64,000 bases of DNA from Candidatus Sigynarchaeum calidifontis (GTDB lineage Archaea > Asgardarchaeota > Lokiarchaeia > Sigyniarchaeales > Sigyniarchaeaceae): the NCBI GenBank assembly GCA_030587475.2, contig JAUQYZ020000231.1:2948-66947 (forward strand). Reading direction: 5' to 3'. The translations under genes were made by a program, and so were the position numbers. The notes under the pieces were generated by a model. It searched no databases. It was not told the origin of the DNA and saw only the letters and a program-made list of their open reading frames with translations. Shown here one piece after another: positions 25,787 through 35,192 of this stretch; position 1 is the stretch's first letter; the number at the start of each line of letters is the position of its first letter.

Positions 25787-27049
25787 CTAAACTAGTGCTG
25801 ATGTTAGCAGTTCTATGGCATCGTTCAAAATCTTTTCCATCTTTGGAACCGGAGTAGTGATCTCGTTGTAGATAGGTTGGAAGTGGAGTATGCCGTTAAG
25901 CGTATGGATGAAAATGACGATGGAATTGACCTTGGCCGATACGCCTCCGAAGAAAGTTTCGACGCGAAAGTTTCCCATGGCGGAATACATGCCTACTTTT
26001 TCGAGAACCCCCCAATTCGTGATGGCAAGCCTCTTGGTCTCCTCGAAGTCGGAAAACATCGCCCAAAATTGACGAATCAACGGCAAGGGCACGGCACGAT
26101 GTAACAAGGTATATATGAAAAATAGGGAGTTGTCCCGCAATGATTTAGTCAATTTTTCTTGGTACTTCCTTGCGTTTTCCCAGAAAGTCTGTTTGGGATT
26201 ATATCTCATCCGGATGTTCATTCCGGTCGCGAATAACCCAATGGCTTCTCCGATGGGCATTTTCAAGCGATCGCGTAGGTTTACAGGCGTGTAGATGGTG
26301 GTGAAGATTGACGAGAAGGCAGTGCATAGCGCCGCTTGGACGGTAACATGCTCTTGCTTGCATCGCGAAACAAGGGCGCTGGTCAATTTCTCGGACAATT
26401 GCGTCGAAGAAGTCTTGAATGAAAAGCCCGTGACCATTTTTTTTTTCGTGGGGCGGATGGAGAGCAATAAATGAAAAAATCTCAGGAAATATAGCCACCA
26501 CTTAAATCTCGTCGCGGTTTTAGGTATCTTCTCCCGGATCGTGGCGGGTAAAATGGTGTCTTGCATCACGGCATCGGCGAGCGGCGTCACTTCCTGACCG
26601 GGATTATCCAGGAGTTGAAAAAAATCCCGAAAAAAGAAGATGTGAGAAAGGGCATCTCCGAGAAAATGGGGCCCACAGATGATGATCTCGGAAGGCTCGA
26701 GAATCATGTCCTTGGGACGCAACCATATTACTCGCATCAAGGGGAGAGGGGGTTCTTGGAAGGGTTTTGCCATCTCTTGTTCCATAACACGTAGAACATG
26801 CTCGTTCCCTTTCCGTTCAATGACCTCCGGCTGGATCGGAGTCACTCCCTCCGAAGTTAGCCACGGCATACCCGTTTCATCTAAAAAGACCGTTGTCCTT
26901 AATAAAGGGTGGCGTATCTGGATTTTCACAAGTGCATCTTGCACGCGCTCGGGCGATAAATCGCCATAAAAACGACAAGCCAACGCAGCATTCGCGGGTT
27001 GACCCATTGTCCACGTGAGAAATTCCAATTCATTTAGTTCTCGTTTCAT
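25787..27049 (-). CDS. Condensation-domain / PapA5-like acyltransferase superfamily protein
   Basis: From MKRELNELEF: LSPERVQDALVKIQIRHPLLRT, then an HHxxxDG-like GPHFLGDALS about 130 aa in. The first His is replaced by Pro. The ORF extends to 27118, but that N-terminus looks non-homologous. Confidence 0.5.
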   Translation of the reverse strand: MKRELNELEFLTWTMGQPANAALACRFYGDLSPERVQDALVKIQIRHPLLRTTVFLDETGMPWLTSEGVTPIQPEVIERKGNEHVLRVMEQEMAKPFQEPPLPLMRVIWLRPKDMILEPSEIIICGPHFLGDALSHIFFFRDFFQLLDNPGQEVTPLADAVMQDTILPATIREKIPKTATRFKWWLYFLRFFHLLLSIRPTKKKMVTGFSFKTSSTQLSEKLTSALVSRCKQEHVTVQAALCTAFSSIFTTIYTPVNLRDRLKMPIGEAIGLFATGMNIRMRYNPKQTFWENARKYQEKLTKSLRDNSLFFIYTLLHRAVPLPLIRQFWAMFSDFEETKRLAITNWGVLEKVGMYSAMGNFRVETFFGGVSAKVNSIVIFIHTLNGILHFQPIYNEITTPVPKMEKILNDAIELLTSALV

Positions 27050-27257
27050 TGATATCTCCGGAAGAGACAAATTATTGATGCGCCGTTCGTGCCTATTTAC
27101 TATCGTGGTTCTTTGCATTTCTATTTACTGACCTCGGACGTGCCTACAAGGTGCGTTGGGGGTTGTTAATAGCTCGCGATAATTAGAATTACCGTGCCCG
27201 TTCGTTTACCTGGCATGCCTATACTCGCGCAAGCGACGAAAAAGAAAGTGATCTAAC

Positions 27258-28469
27258 GTGGTTCTCGCGGATTTCACACCTTCGTTCCGTAAGTTCGATT
27301 TCGTGACCGACGCGAGCGGCTATATCTCGATGCTGATCTACAACTCGCACCCGCCAGGAAGTCTTTTCATCGCGCCGAAGTACTATCCCGACCCGAACGG
27401 GACGTGGTCATCCCATGAGACGCAGCAGAAATATAGCCGGTTCGAGTACTATTGGAACCTTAACTTGAAACAACAATCCAGGGGTAAAGCCGGGCGCGTT
27501 TACGAGGTCGACAAGAACCCGCTCCACGATTACGCAACCGACGTGGTCAGCAAGTTCAACCAGCATCTCGTGGATGACCCGTGCCATGGCGTGCCCATGT
27601 ACCGGCTTCCCCGCGACGCTGTCGTGCGTTATTGGGATGCGAGGATGAAATATCAGTCGGTGGTGGAGCGCAGGCCTGCAAACCTCGATAAATTCGCCTC
27701 GTTACTCAAGAAAATGGGCGATGCATTCGAACCTAGCCAGGTCGGCATCACCGGCTCGTATCTCTATGAGATTTACCAGGATTTTTCCGACATCAACTTC
27801 GTGGTTTATGACGAGGCCGCGAGCATCCTCCACGACATGTTAATGGCGGAGAGCGGTTTGTTGAAGCGCCAGGACATCGAAATAACGATGCCCAGCACCA
27901 CCTGGCCCGGCTGGCTGGGGGACAAAGTCGACGTGCTCGAGTTGCTCCCCGCAAAAACGAGACGGAAGGGCGACAAGGCCGTCGTCCCGGTCAAGAACCG
28001 GTTCATCGGGTCCATTCACGACCCGTTTGACAAGCGCATTCGGGCAGGCTTCTGGCTTGGCAACACGACCGACCCGCACCCTCATGGCACGTTCAAGAAA
28101 ACCAAGCTCGGTATCGCGGTCATCACTGCACGGCTCTCGAACGGGGAAGATGATCTCCCGTCGGGCCACTTTCACGTGGATGATGTCGACCTTCTCGGTT
28201 TCCATCCGACACTCGATATCACGTCAAAAGAATTGGCTAGCATCACGGATGCAAATAGAAACACAAATTTAACGGAAAAAATGCATATCTCGGCCGTTCA
28301 AGTCATCGGCGAATTCAATCGCATGTTTCTTTCCAATGAAAGCATTATTGCATTCGGCCTGGTCGAGGAAATAACGCTTGCTGGCCAAGAAAAGCCCGTT
28401 CACGAGTTGCTCGTCGGCGGCCGCGAGGTGGGGGGATGGATTTTTCCCCGGGACGATATCATCGCTTGA
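27258..28469 (+). CDS. Hypothetical protein with a Pol-beta-type nucleotidyltransferase-like motif
   Basis: GTG start preceded by GTGATC. VGITGSYLYEIYQDFSDINFVVYD resembles hG[GS]-x9-13-DhD, but the second acidic position is Asn. The C-terminal part is beta-rich. Confidence 0.5.
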   Translation: MVLADFTPSFRKFDFVTDASGYISMLIYNSHPPGSLFIAPKYYPDPNGTWSSHETQQKYSRFEYYWNLNLKQQSRGKAGRVYEVDKNPLHDYATDVVSKFNQHLVDDPCHGVPMYRLPRDAVVRYWDARMKYQSVVERRPANLDKFASLLKKMGDAFEPSQVGITGSYLYEIYQDFSDINFVVYDEAASILHDMLMAESGLLKRQDIEITMPSTTWPGWLGDKVDVLELLPAKTRRKGDKAVVPVKNRFIGSIHDPFDKRIRAGFWLGNTTDPHPHGTFKKTKLGIAVITARLSNGEDDLPSGHFHVDDVDLLGFHPTLDITSKELASITDANRNTNLTEKMHISAVQVIGEFNRMFLSNESIIAFGLVEEITLAGQEKPVHELLVGGREVGGWIFPRDDIIA

Positions 28470-29589
28470 TCTCGGCAAGAAAATTGCGTAAAAACGTCTC
28501 TTCGGAAAATTTTTCCACGACGAGCCCGGTGTTACCCCGCATCCCTTCCAACTTCTTCTCATCAGCGAGCAGGTTCCCGATCACCTCGGCCATTTCTACC
28601 TCATCCTTGCAAAGCACACCGGTCTTACCCGGTATCACGGTTTCTTTCACCCCGCCCGAGTCAAACGCGACCACGGGTACCCCCGAGACCATCGCCTCCA
28701 CGGGAACGAGACCGAGCGGCTCGTTCTTGGGAAAAAACACGAGTAATCGTGTCGCTGCGTAGAGATTCTTCAAGTCCAGTAATGAAGGGTTCGGAACGAA
28801 CGTTATCGCTCTTTCGATGCCTTCTTTCCGAGCGATTGCCTTCAACTCGTCGAGAAACGTCATGTCCTCCCGGCGTATGGCACCCGCGACGAGAAACTTG
28901 CTCCCAGGGCGCTGCCGCGCCACGTCCTTGAACAGATCAAGAGCGGCTGAGAATTGCTTGCCCGCGTTCAACCGTGAAAACACCATGACATCGTGCTCTT
29001 TCTTCCGCGAGTCCCGGGCATCCGCGAAAAATAACGTGTCCGTGCAAGGATACAGCACCCTGGCATCGCACCCGAACTGTTCCTTCAGCAATGCTTTCAT
29101 GAATGCTGAATTCGCCAAGACGATCCGCTCTTGCAAGGTGTCCTTGTAAAGCCGAAGCAATTCAGGGATTTTCAACACGTTTTCCATTTCCCACACGCCC
29201 GGTTGGAAATACACGATGGACTTTTCAACCATCGCGACCGGCGGGAAGAACATACCCCAGTGATTCGTCACGTGTGCCGAGACGTGCCCCGGATGAAGAG
29301 CGAAATACCGCTCAAGTGCCGCGTTCATGACAAGATGCACGTGCGGGGATTCGCCGCCGACGAAGAGATCGATGTCGAAGATGCTTGGAAATGGCTTGTG
29401 CGCACCAAAATAGAAGGGAAACGACTGGAGATCGTGGAAATTTTTTGCGACGACGATGGACGCATCTTTCGTCGCGCTCGTGATGGCGAGATAAACGCGC
29501 TCGAGTCCACCCACGCCGAACCAAGGATTTGAAAGCACCAGCGAGCCAAGATTTGCTATCTCGTCCTTGATCTTGTTTTTTTGTAACAT
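28459..29589 (-). CDS. Glycosyltransferase family 4 (GT-B fold)
   Basis: EPLGLVPVEAMVSGVPVVAFDSGGVKETV is the canonical GT4 C-terminal motif. Confidence 0.85.
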   Translation of the reverse strand: MLQKNKIKDEIANLGSLVLSNPWFGVGGLERVYLAITSATKDASIVVAKNFHDLQSFPFYFGAHKPFPSIFDIDLFVGGESPHVHLVMNAALERYFALHPGHVSAHVTNHWGMFFPPVAMVEKSIVYFQPGVWEMENVLKIPELLRLYKDTLQERIVLANSAFMKALLKEQFGCDARVLYPCTDTLFFADARDSRKKEHDVMVFSRLNAGKQFSAALDLFKDVARQRPGSKFLVAGAIRREDMTFLDELKAIARKEGIERAITFVPNPSLLDLKNLYAATRLLVFFPKNEPLGLVPVEAMVSGVPVVAFDSGGVKETVIPGKTGVLCKDEVEMAEVIGNLLADEKKLEGMRGNTGLVVEKFSEETFLRNFLAEIKR

Positions 29590-29592
29590 TTT

Positions 29593-30492
29593 TCATTCAC
29601 CGTCCATTATTTTTGAGATCAACGCTGCATCGGCCGTAATGGCATCCATTGCCTCGCTAGGCCCGGCGAATTCTTCGAGATCATACTCGAAGATGCACGG
29701 CACTGCATCCATGTTCACGTAACAGGCGATCTCGTGGATCGTACCAAGTAAAAGCTCGTTACTTGCTAGGTTCATGCGGCCGTGCGTGCGATGTTTGTTC
29801 GGGCTACTCAAGTGCAACACGCGGATTCTCCCCCCGTGCACGTTCAAAAAATCTTTCATGGTAGATCTACTAAGACGGGGCTCCCGCACGTGACACGTGG
29901 CCTCGATGTTGGTTGTCTTGATCACGTGGGCGAGGTCAAGCGTGATCCCAATTTGCGGGTTCTTTTCAAGCATATTTTCGATGATATAAAGTGATTCAAG
30001 TGGTCTGCTCATGGATTCCGATGCTGCATCGTTTTCCAAGCAGATAGTTATATCAAGCTTTTCTTTTTCGATAAAATCCAGCAACTCGGCGATGAATCGT
30101 TCGAGAAGGATGATGTCGAACCTGGACACGCGGGACCCGAAGCTGGAAAAACCGCCGTGCAAGGTCGCGAGCTTTGCCCCCATGGCGCTTGCGAACACGA
30201 GCGATGCACGTGTTTCGGCGAGCGTGTGCCGCTGCATGGCGGGAGAATACGCGATCGGATTCACGTCGAACGCTGCTGCGTGGGTCACGATTTCCATACC
30301 CGATTTATCCAGTTGTTGTTTCGTGGAGGAAATCACGCCCAGGCGGCCGGCTTCATCCGCGAGGAGGTGGAACGGGGTGTCGTACCAGAGATCGATGACC
30401 CTGGTGGTAGGATATCTGCCAAGCAAGGAGAATAGCTCGATCGATCGCATGTCCCCGAAGAACATGCTGGAAACGCCCGCTTTCATGATCAT
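29593..30492 (-). CDS. Xylose isomerase-like TIM-barrel protein (sugar phosphate isomerase/epimerase)
   Basis: LATLHGG, ITICLENDA, GITLDLAHV, IRVLHLS. Its stop lies 3 nt upstream of the GT4 start. Confidence 0.7.
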   Translation of the reverse strand: MIMKAGVSSMFFGDMRSIELFSLLGRYPTTRVIDLWYDTPFHLLADEAGRLGVISSTKQQLDKSGMEIVTHAAAFDVNPIAYSPAMQRHTLAETRASLVFASAMGAKLATLHGGFSSFGSRVSRFDIILLERFIAELLDFIEKEKLDITICLENDAASESMSRPLESLYIIENMLEKNPQIGITLDLAHVIKTTNIEATCHVREPRLSRSTMKDFLNVHGGRIRVLHLSSPNKHRTHGRMNLASNELLLGTIHEIACYVNMDAVPCIFEYDLEEFAGPSEAMDAITADAALISKIMDGE

Positions 30493-30531
30493 GGGATCCT
30501 CTTGGTAATGTGCTTTAGAAATGAAGCGCGG

Positions 30532-31692
30532 TTAGCCCTCTTTAGTAATTTTTGAAGTGTATTTGAACACGCCGGGCCCGATATTGCACGACGCGGCGAG
30601 CCGGGCCATGAAAAGCTGGATGATAGCGATCTCCATCACGGGAGCAAGGTAGGGATTCGTGATGCCGTGGACGACGGGCAGCAACCGGCTTTCTCCTTCG
30701 AAATTGGCGACGCGCTTGTTGGTCACGAAAATTGCCTTTCCACCACCCCACTTGTGCGTGATGTTCCACGCGATGTCCTCTGCGAGAGCACGTGTGCTAT
30801 CGTCGGAAGTCAGTACAAAGCATCGAAAGTCTTTGTTGACGATTTCAATGGGGCCGTGCCGGAATTGGCCACCAGTAATCGCTTCCGCGGGGATCTTGTT
30901 CGTTTCTTTGATGTTCAAAGCTGCTTGTTGAGCGGTCGCTAGCGACGTGCCACGTGCGATGATTTCGATTTGCCTCACATCCTTCCCCATAAAAGCGACC
31001 ATCCTGTCCCCCAGTCCCGATTGCTCCGAGAACAAGTGATCGAGGTCTTTCACGAGATCGCGCGCCTCACGGGCAAAATCATCTATGCAAGCTGCTGCAT
31101 CGGCATTAGAGGGAGAGAGGAGCACGCGAGGGAGCAAATACATGAGCAAGAGAGTGTTGGAAAATGTTTTCGTCGTTACTGATAGCTCCGTACCCGCGTG
31201 CAAATATGCGGTTCGCTTCGCTTTTTTTGCCAAGGTGCTGCTGGCGGTGTTCGTGATGCCCCACAATCCTGCATCTGGATATTGTTCCGCGATGATACCG
31301 ACGATCTTCGCGATCTCCGCGGATTCCCCGCTCTGACTGATGAGAATGTATAAAATTTTCCTTCGATCCCTATTATCTGATTTAGAACCCCCGGAAAGCG
31401 CGTAATAGAGCAATTCTCCTGCATCGATCACGTTACACGGGACACCGGCTTGCTGGAAGGCCATCTCGGCCTGGTGCGCCGCGAACAAGGAAGAGCCCAT
31501 GCCCGTAACGATCACGCTCGTGTAAGCGGTATTGTCCCATTCCTCCTTGAACCCGAGCAGCATGGCCTTGCCATCTGCCCCCGTGTAGAAATTCACGAAC
31601 GATTCGATCGCTCCAGGTTGTGCGAACATGTCGCTGACGAAAGAAAATTCGGTCTTGAGCTGATCCCACGTGTAATTGGAAATGTTTTGCAT
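30532..31692 (-). CDS. Double SIS-domain sugar-phosphate isomerase/deaminase (GlmS C-terminal / AgaS / FrlB-like)
   Basis: VIVTGMGSSLFAAHQ, YILISQSGESAEI, and a second SIS with IIARGTSLATAQQAALNIKE. Confidence 0.8.
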   Translation of the reverse strand: MQNISNYTWDQLKTEFSFVSDMFAQPGAIESFVNFYTGADGKAMLLGFKEEWDNTAYTSVIVTGMGSSLFAAHQAEMAFQQAGVPCNVIDAGELLYYALSGGSKSDNRDRRKILYILISQSGESAEIAKIVGIIAEQYPDAGLWGITNTASSTLAKKAKRTAYLHAGTELSVTTKTFSNTLLLMYLLPRVLLSPSNADAAACIDDFAREARDLVKDLDHLFSEQSGLGDRMVAFMGKDVRQIEIIARGTSLATAQQAALNIKETNKIPAEAITGGQFRHGPIEIVNKDFRCFVLTSDDSTRALAEDIAWNITHKWGGGKAIFVTNKRVANFEGESRLLPVVHGITNPYLAPVMEIAIIQLFMARLAASCNIGPGVFKYTSKITKEG

Positions 31693-31715
31693 ATTTTCAT
31701 CATCATTGAACGAGA

Positions 31716-32363
31716 TTACTTGATGAATGCCCCGTCCTTGAACGTGTGGGTGTCGGAAATTTTCCCTTCCTTCCCGTCGTGGAGCTCGACCAGCATTGTT
31801 TCAACGTCCAAGCCTTGCTTGGATTGTTCGATATCGATCACCATGAAAGACGGGAGAAGCGTGGCCACGAAGCTCCAGGCACCCGTGGCACTCCCGGGAT
31901 TGATAAGCAACACTTGGTGGCCATCGCTGGCACGTTGGTAGAGATTAATGGATGATGCGTGCGTATGGCCGGAGATCAAGACATGCACCCCCAACTCCTT
32001 CGCTATCTCGGCCAGGCCTTCGAGATCACCCCTAGGGGACACTTGATGCCCGTGGATGAGACCGAACTTGAGCACGTCAAACCCGCGAATGTAATTCCTA
32101 GTATCGAACACGATATTTCGGGGAAAATGCTTTACGTTGCGCGCGTCATAATCCATGTTTCCTTGAACAACGAAATAATCCCGGCTCCATGAAGCAAGGA
32201 ATGGCTCGAGCTGGTCAGCTTTCGTCAAATCCCCCGTACAAGCGACTAAATCGAAGTTTTGCTTGTTCGCGATGCGCATTATCGATGCATCGAGCTCGGG
32301 TGGGACCACGAATGTCCGGTCCGGGATGTGGAAATCTCCAATGGCGAGCACGCGCATGATCAT
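31716..32363 (-). CDS. Metallophosphoesterase, MJ0936/YfcE/Vps29 family
   Basis: VLAIGDFHIP, ACTGDL, VQGNMD, GLIHGH, SGHTHAS. Confidence 0.8.
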   Translation of the reverse strand: MIMRVLAIGDFHIPDRTFVVPPELDASIMRIANKQNFDLVACTGDLTKADQLEPFLASWSRDYFVVQGNMDYDARNVKHFPRNIVFDTRNYIRGFDVLKFGLIHGHQVSPRGDLEGLAEIAKELGVHVLISGHTHASSINLYQRASDGHQVLLINPGSATGAWSFVATLLPSFMVIDIEQSKQGLDVETMLVELHDGKEGKISDTHTFKDGAFIK

Positions 32364-32368
32364 TCACT

Positions 32369-33256
32369 TCAAGTGAAGGATGCAATCTTTTCAGTTTTAT
32401 CCACGACGATCGTTGCCGAAGTGCCCAGGATAAAAGTGAGAGGTTCCATGCCGACGATGCCCTTGAAAACGATGGCATCGAGATTCTTCCACTTCGTGGT
32501 CCCGAGTGCCACGTTGATGGCTTCATCGTCATTCTCGTTCTCTAGCTGGATAGTCGTCCACCCGAGCTTGTCGATTATTTCACCGATCTGTTTGTTGAAG
32601 GTAATGCAGGTGGCACTGCGAATCTCCGGCATGTATTTTCGGACAATCGAGACTATCCGTGCGATGTGCTTGGATGCACCAAAAGCGGGTGCTCCCGTGA
32701 TGCGGGCTTCGTTCTCATGCTTGATTATCCGGCCAGGGAAACTTGCATAATCATCAATGTCATTTCGCCCCGGGTCGTTGAATCCGAGCACGAGATTTGT
32801 TTGCACCTCGGGTATCAACGAGACGTACCGCTTGTTATTGGAGATCCGCCGGAAGTTGTCGAGCAATTCCTCGATGATCGCCCGCCGTTCATCCTCCAAA
32901 ATCAATATCCCTTGGTTCAGGTATTTCGTGCAGATATTACATCCTTCATTACCAAGCCCGGGAATTTCGGCAACATGTGCTCTGCAAAGGTTCGCGCCCG
33001 AAGCACGAGAAACCTTGCAAGCGCGGCACACGAGATCCATAACGCCGCTCGTGCTCGCGGGATCTTTTTGCATAATGGAAACGGAATGCTTCACGAGGGT
33101 ATGGATAGCGTCAGGATCGAAGCTTTCTGGATTGTATTCTTTTTTCAAGTAGGCCGAAACCGCCGCTTGCGTGAGAAACAAGGCGCTGGCGATCCGCTGC
33201 TGCGTCCATCCCAGACCCGCAAGCGCCTTTATCAGCGCGTGCCGGTACGAGGTCAA
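32369..33256 (-). CDS. HTH plus ThiN-domain protein (ThiR-like thiamine regulator / thiamine-phosphate synthase-like)
   Basis: N-terminal HTH (LGWTQQRIASALFLTQAAVSAYLK), a Cys-rich linker (CRAC-x10-C...CNIC), and a ThiN domain (PEVQTNLV, ASFPGRI, PAFGASKHIARIV, GMEPLTFILG). Confidence 0.65.
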   Translation of the reverse strand: MTSYRHALIKALAGLGWTQQRIASALFLTQAAVSAYLKKEYNPESFDPDAIHTLVKHSVSIMQKDPASTSGVMDLVCRACKVSRASGANLCRAHVAEIPGLGNEGCNICTKYLNQGILILEDERRAIIEELLDNFRRISNNKRYVSLIPEVQTNLVLGFNDPGRNDIDDYASFPGRIIKHENEARITGAPAFGASKHIARIVSIVRKYMPEIRSATCITFNKQIGEIIDKLGWTTIQLENENDDEAINVALGTTKWKNLDAIVFKGIVGMEPLTFILGTSATIVVDKTEKIASFT

Positions 33257-33322
33257 GAAATTCTTGACAACGGTCTCGCACGGGAATCTCGCTTTAATCC
33301 GCCTCGTGATTTCGATCTCTCG

Positions 33323-34426
33323 TCAATTTTTCCTCGCCCTCGCAATCCTCATGAATGCAGGCCAGAACGGGTCCTTGATCTCGGCGGGAAAATCGTGCAT
33401 TGACCCATCGATGGTGTATACCCTGGGCGAGCCCTGAGCTTTCATCACTCCGATCTTCCGGCTCGGCACCCCCGCTCGCTCGAGCTCGTCTAGAAGCGCG
33501 CTCGAGAGGCTGGGCCGGCAGCCAATGACCACGCCCCCTTGCCCGCTGGCGGCCCAGATATCGACAGGGTCGGGAAAATGGTGCTTGATGAAGGCCACCA
33601 TGGAGGGGTCGAACGCCCAGCCGTCGAGCGAGATGCTGCAACCCAGCCCGGTCGCCTCGCACCAGTCATTGACCGCACCGAGCACGCCCCGCTCCGCTAC
33701 GTCGTGCATGGCGCTGATTGACTCGCCACTCCACATTCCCGTGCGAATCATAAGCTCGCGAGCAACCCCGACGGGCTTATCGACGCTCAGCTGCTGCCAA
33801 GTTTGCTGCTTGATGGCCTCGTAGCGCGCCCCGAACTCGTCCCGGCCATTTTGCTCGTCCACCTTCAACAGCGACGCGATCGCCTCCAATCCCGGCGGGT
33901 TCGCGAGCACGATATCGTCCCCGGCTTTCAACGTGTCGACGGTTATGTATTGTCCGATCCTGGATCGCGCCATTACCGTGCCAGCCCCGATCATCGGGAA
34001 CGCGCAACCATCATAGCTGCCCGTGTGTCCCCCGACGATGGCGATGCCCATGCGCCTGCATTCATCATCGATGACAGACCATATGCGCTCGAAAACGTCT
34101 CGCTCGATGTTGTTGGGCAAGCTCAAGGTGAAGAGGGCATACTCGGGCCTGACCCCGCTCACGAGCACGTCGGTCACCACGATCTGGAACCCGAGCCATG
34201 TCGCATCCTCGATGCCGAACGCCGGGTTCACGTAGAACGGATCAGTCGCGACGAGCATGACATCCCTCTCCTTCCCGGGAAGCTTGATGACGTTGAAATC
34301 TCTCCCGAAGCCCGGCTTATGCATTACATCGACTCGTCCAAGGCCGAGTTTTTCGAGAACGGTCGATTTCAGGCTCGAGCCCGATAATTTCCCGGGCCGC
34401 TCGGTTGTATGACCTTTGTCATCCAC
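33323..34426 (-). CDS. AIR synthase-related (PurM/ThiL/HypE superfamily) protein
   Basis: VMLVATDPFYVNP...GFQIVVTDVLVSGVRPEYAL, GIAIVGGHTG and GDDIVL give the typical PurM-like N- and C-domain layout. Confidence 0.7.
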   Translation of the reverse strand: MDDKGHTTERPGKLSGSSLKSTVLEKLGLGRVDVMHKPGFGRDFNVIKLPGKERDVMLVATDPFYVNPAFGIEDATWLGFQIVVTDVLVSGVRPEYALFTLSLPNNIERDVFERIWSVIDDECRRMGIAIVGGHTGSYDGCAFPMIGAGTVMARSRIGQYITVDTLKAGDDIVLANPPGLEAIASLLKVDEQNGRDEFGARYEAIKQQTWQQLSVDKPVGVARELMIRTGMWSGESISAMHDVAERGVLGAVNDWCEATGLGCSISLDGWAFDPSMVAFIKHHFPDPVDIWAASGQGGVVIGCRPSLSSALLDELERAGVPSRKIGVMKAQGSPRVYTIDGSMHDFPAEIKDPFWPAFMRIARARKN

Positions 34427-34511
34427 CGGGGGTTACCTTGCAATATTCCTTTGTGAATAACACGTCATCTTGACCATTTATATGTTAACAAGAAAGAATG
34501 AAGGCGGGGGA

Positions 34512-35114
34512 TCAGACGGGATCGTTGAAGAGGAGTTTATCGAAAAATTCTGTCTTGTAATATTTTCGCACGCCGTATAGCACGGCGATGCCAGCTGGGA
34601 TCAAGACCAGGTCGATTAACACCCACTGATAATATATGATCGTTGCAACGTAGTCCATACCAGTAAACACGGAAGCGACGGTCACGTAACCAAAGAATTC
34701 CCAGATTCCTCCGATCGTGATGATGACGGCCTCCCGCAGCCGCTTGCTCTTTTCGGAGAGCTCCTTGTTCCGCACGAAGGCCTTCTCCAGCAAGCTCAAA
34801 ACAAGACCCTCGAGCCCGCGGGCGACGAACGCGCCGGGTAAATAGAGCCACAAGTACGAGGCCCATCCAAAAATGATATCCGCGAGCAGCTCGCCTATCA
34901 CGGCTCCCACAGCGCATATCGCAAATGCCCGCAGTGGTTTTAAAGTGATCCCCAGGAAAATTATCACGATGGGTACAAACGAAAAGTAGGCTAGCGGTGG
35001 AGGTAGTGGTATCGAAGTAATGCTCAAGACGGCAATTAGCGCTGCAAAAATAGCGTAGAGCGCAACCGATCTCGATTGAGAAGATGATTCTGCCAACGTT
35101 AATAACCAATACAA
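34512..35114 (-). CDS. Small polytopic membrane protein, ECF S-component/ThiW-like
   Basis: 200 aa with about 5-6 TM helices (LYAIFAALIAVLSITSIPLP, FVPIVIIFLGITL, AVGAVIGELLADIIFG). The assignment is weak and rests partly on the neighbouring ThiN gene. Confidence 0.5.
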   Translation of the reverse strand: MYWLLTLAESSSQSRSVALYAIFAALIAVLSITSIPLPPPLAYFSFVPIVIIFLGITLKPLRAFAICAVGAVIGELLADIIFGWASYLWLYLPGAFVARGLEGLVLSLLEKAFVRNKELSEKSKRLREAVIITIGGIWEFFGYVTVASVFTGMDYVATIIYYQWVLIDLVLIPAGIAVLYGVRKYYKTEFFDKLLFNDPV

Positions 35115-35192
35115 GTGACTTTTACAAGTGGATTATATTCATTCCGATTATAAAAATCATGTTATTTTAGGGGCGTGCGGTGAGAATAACCC

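Noticed and set aside
34537-35109. 190-aa ORF in a second minus-strand frame overlapping 34512-35114.
   Set aside because: Its product is Arg-rich and non-hydrophobic, whereas the chosen frame gives regular TM helices. Only one can be real.
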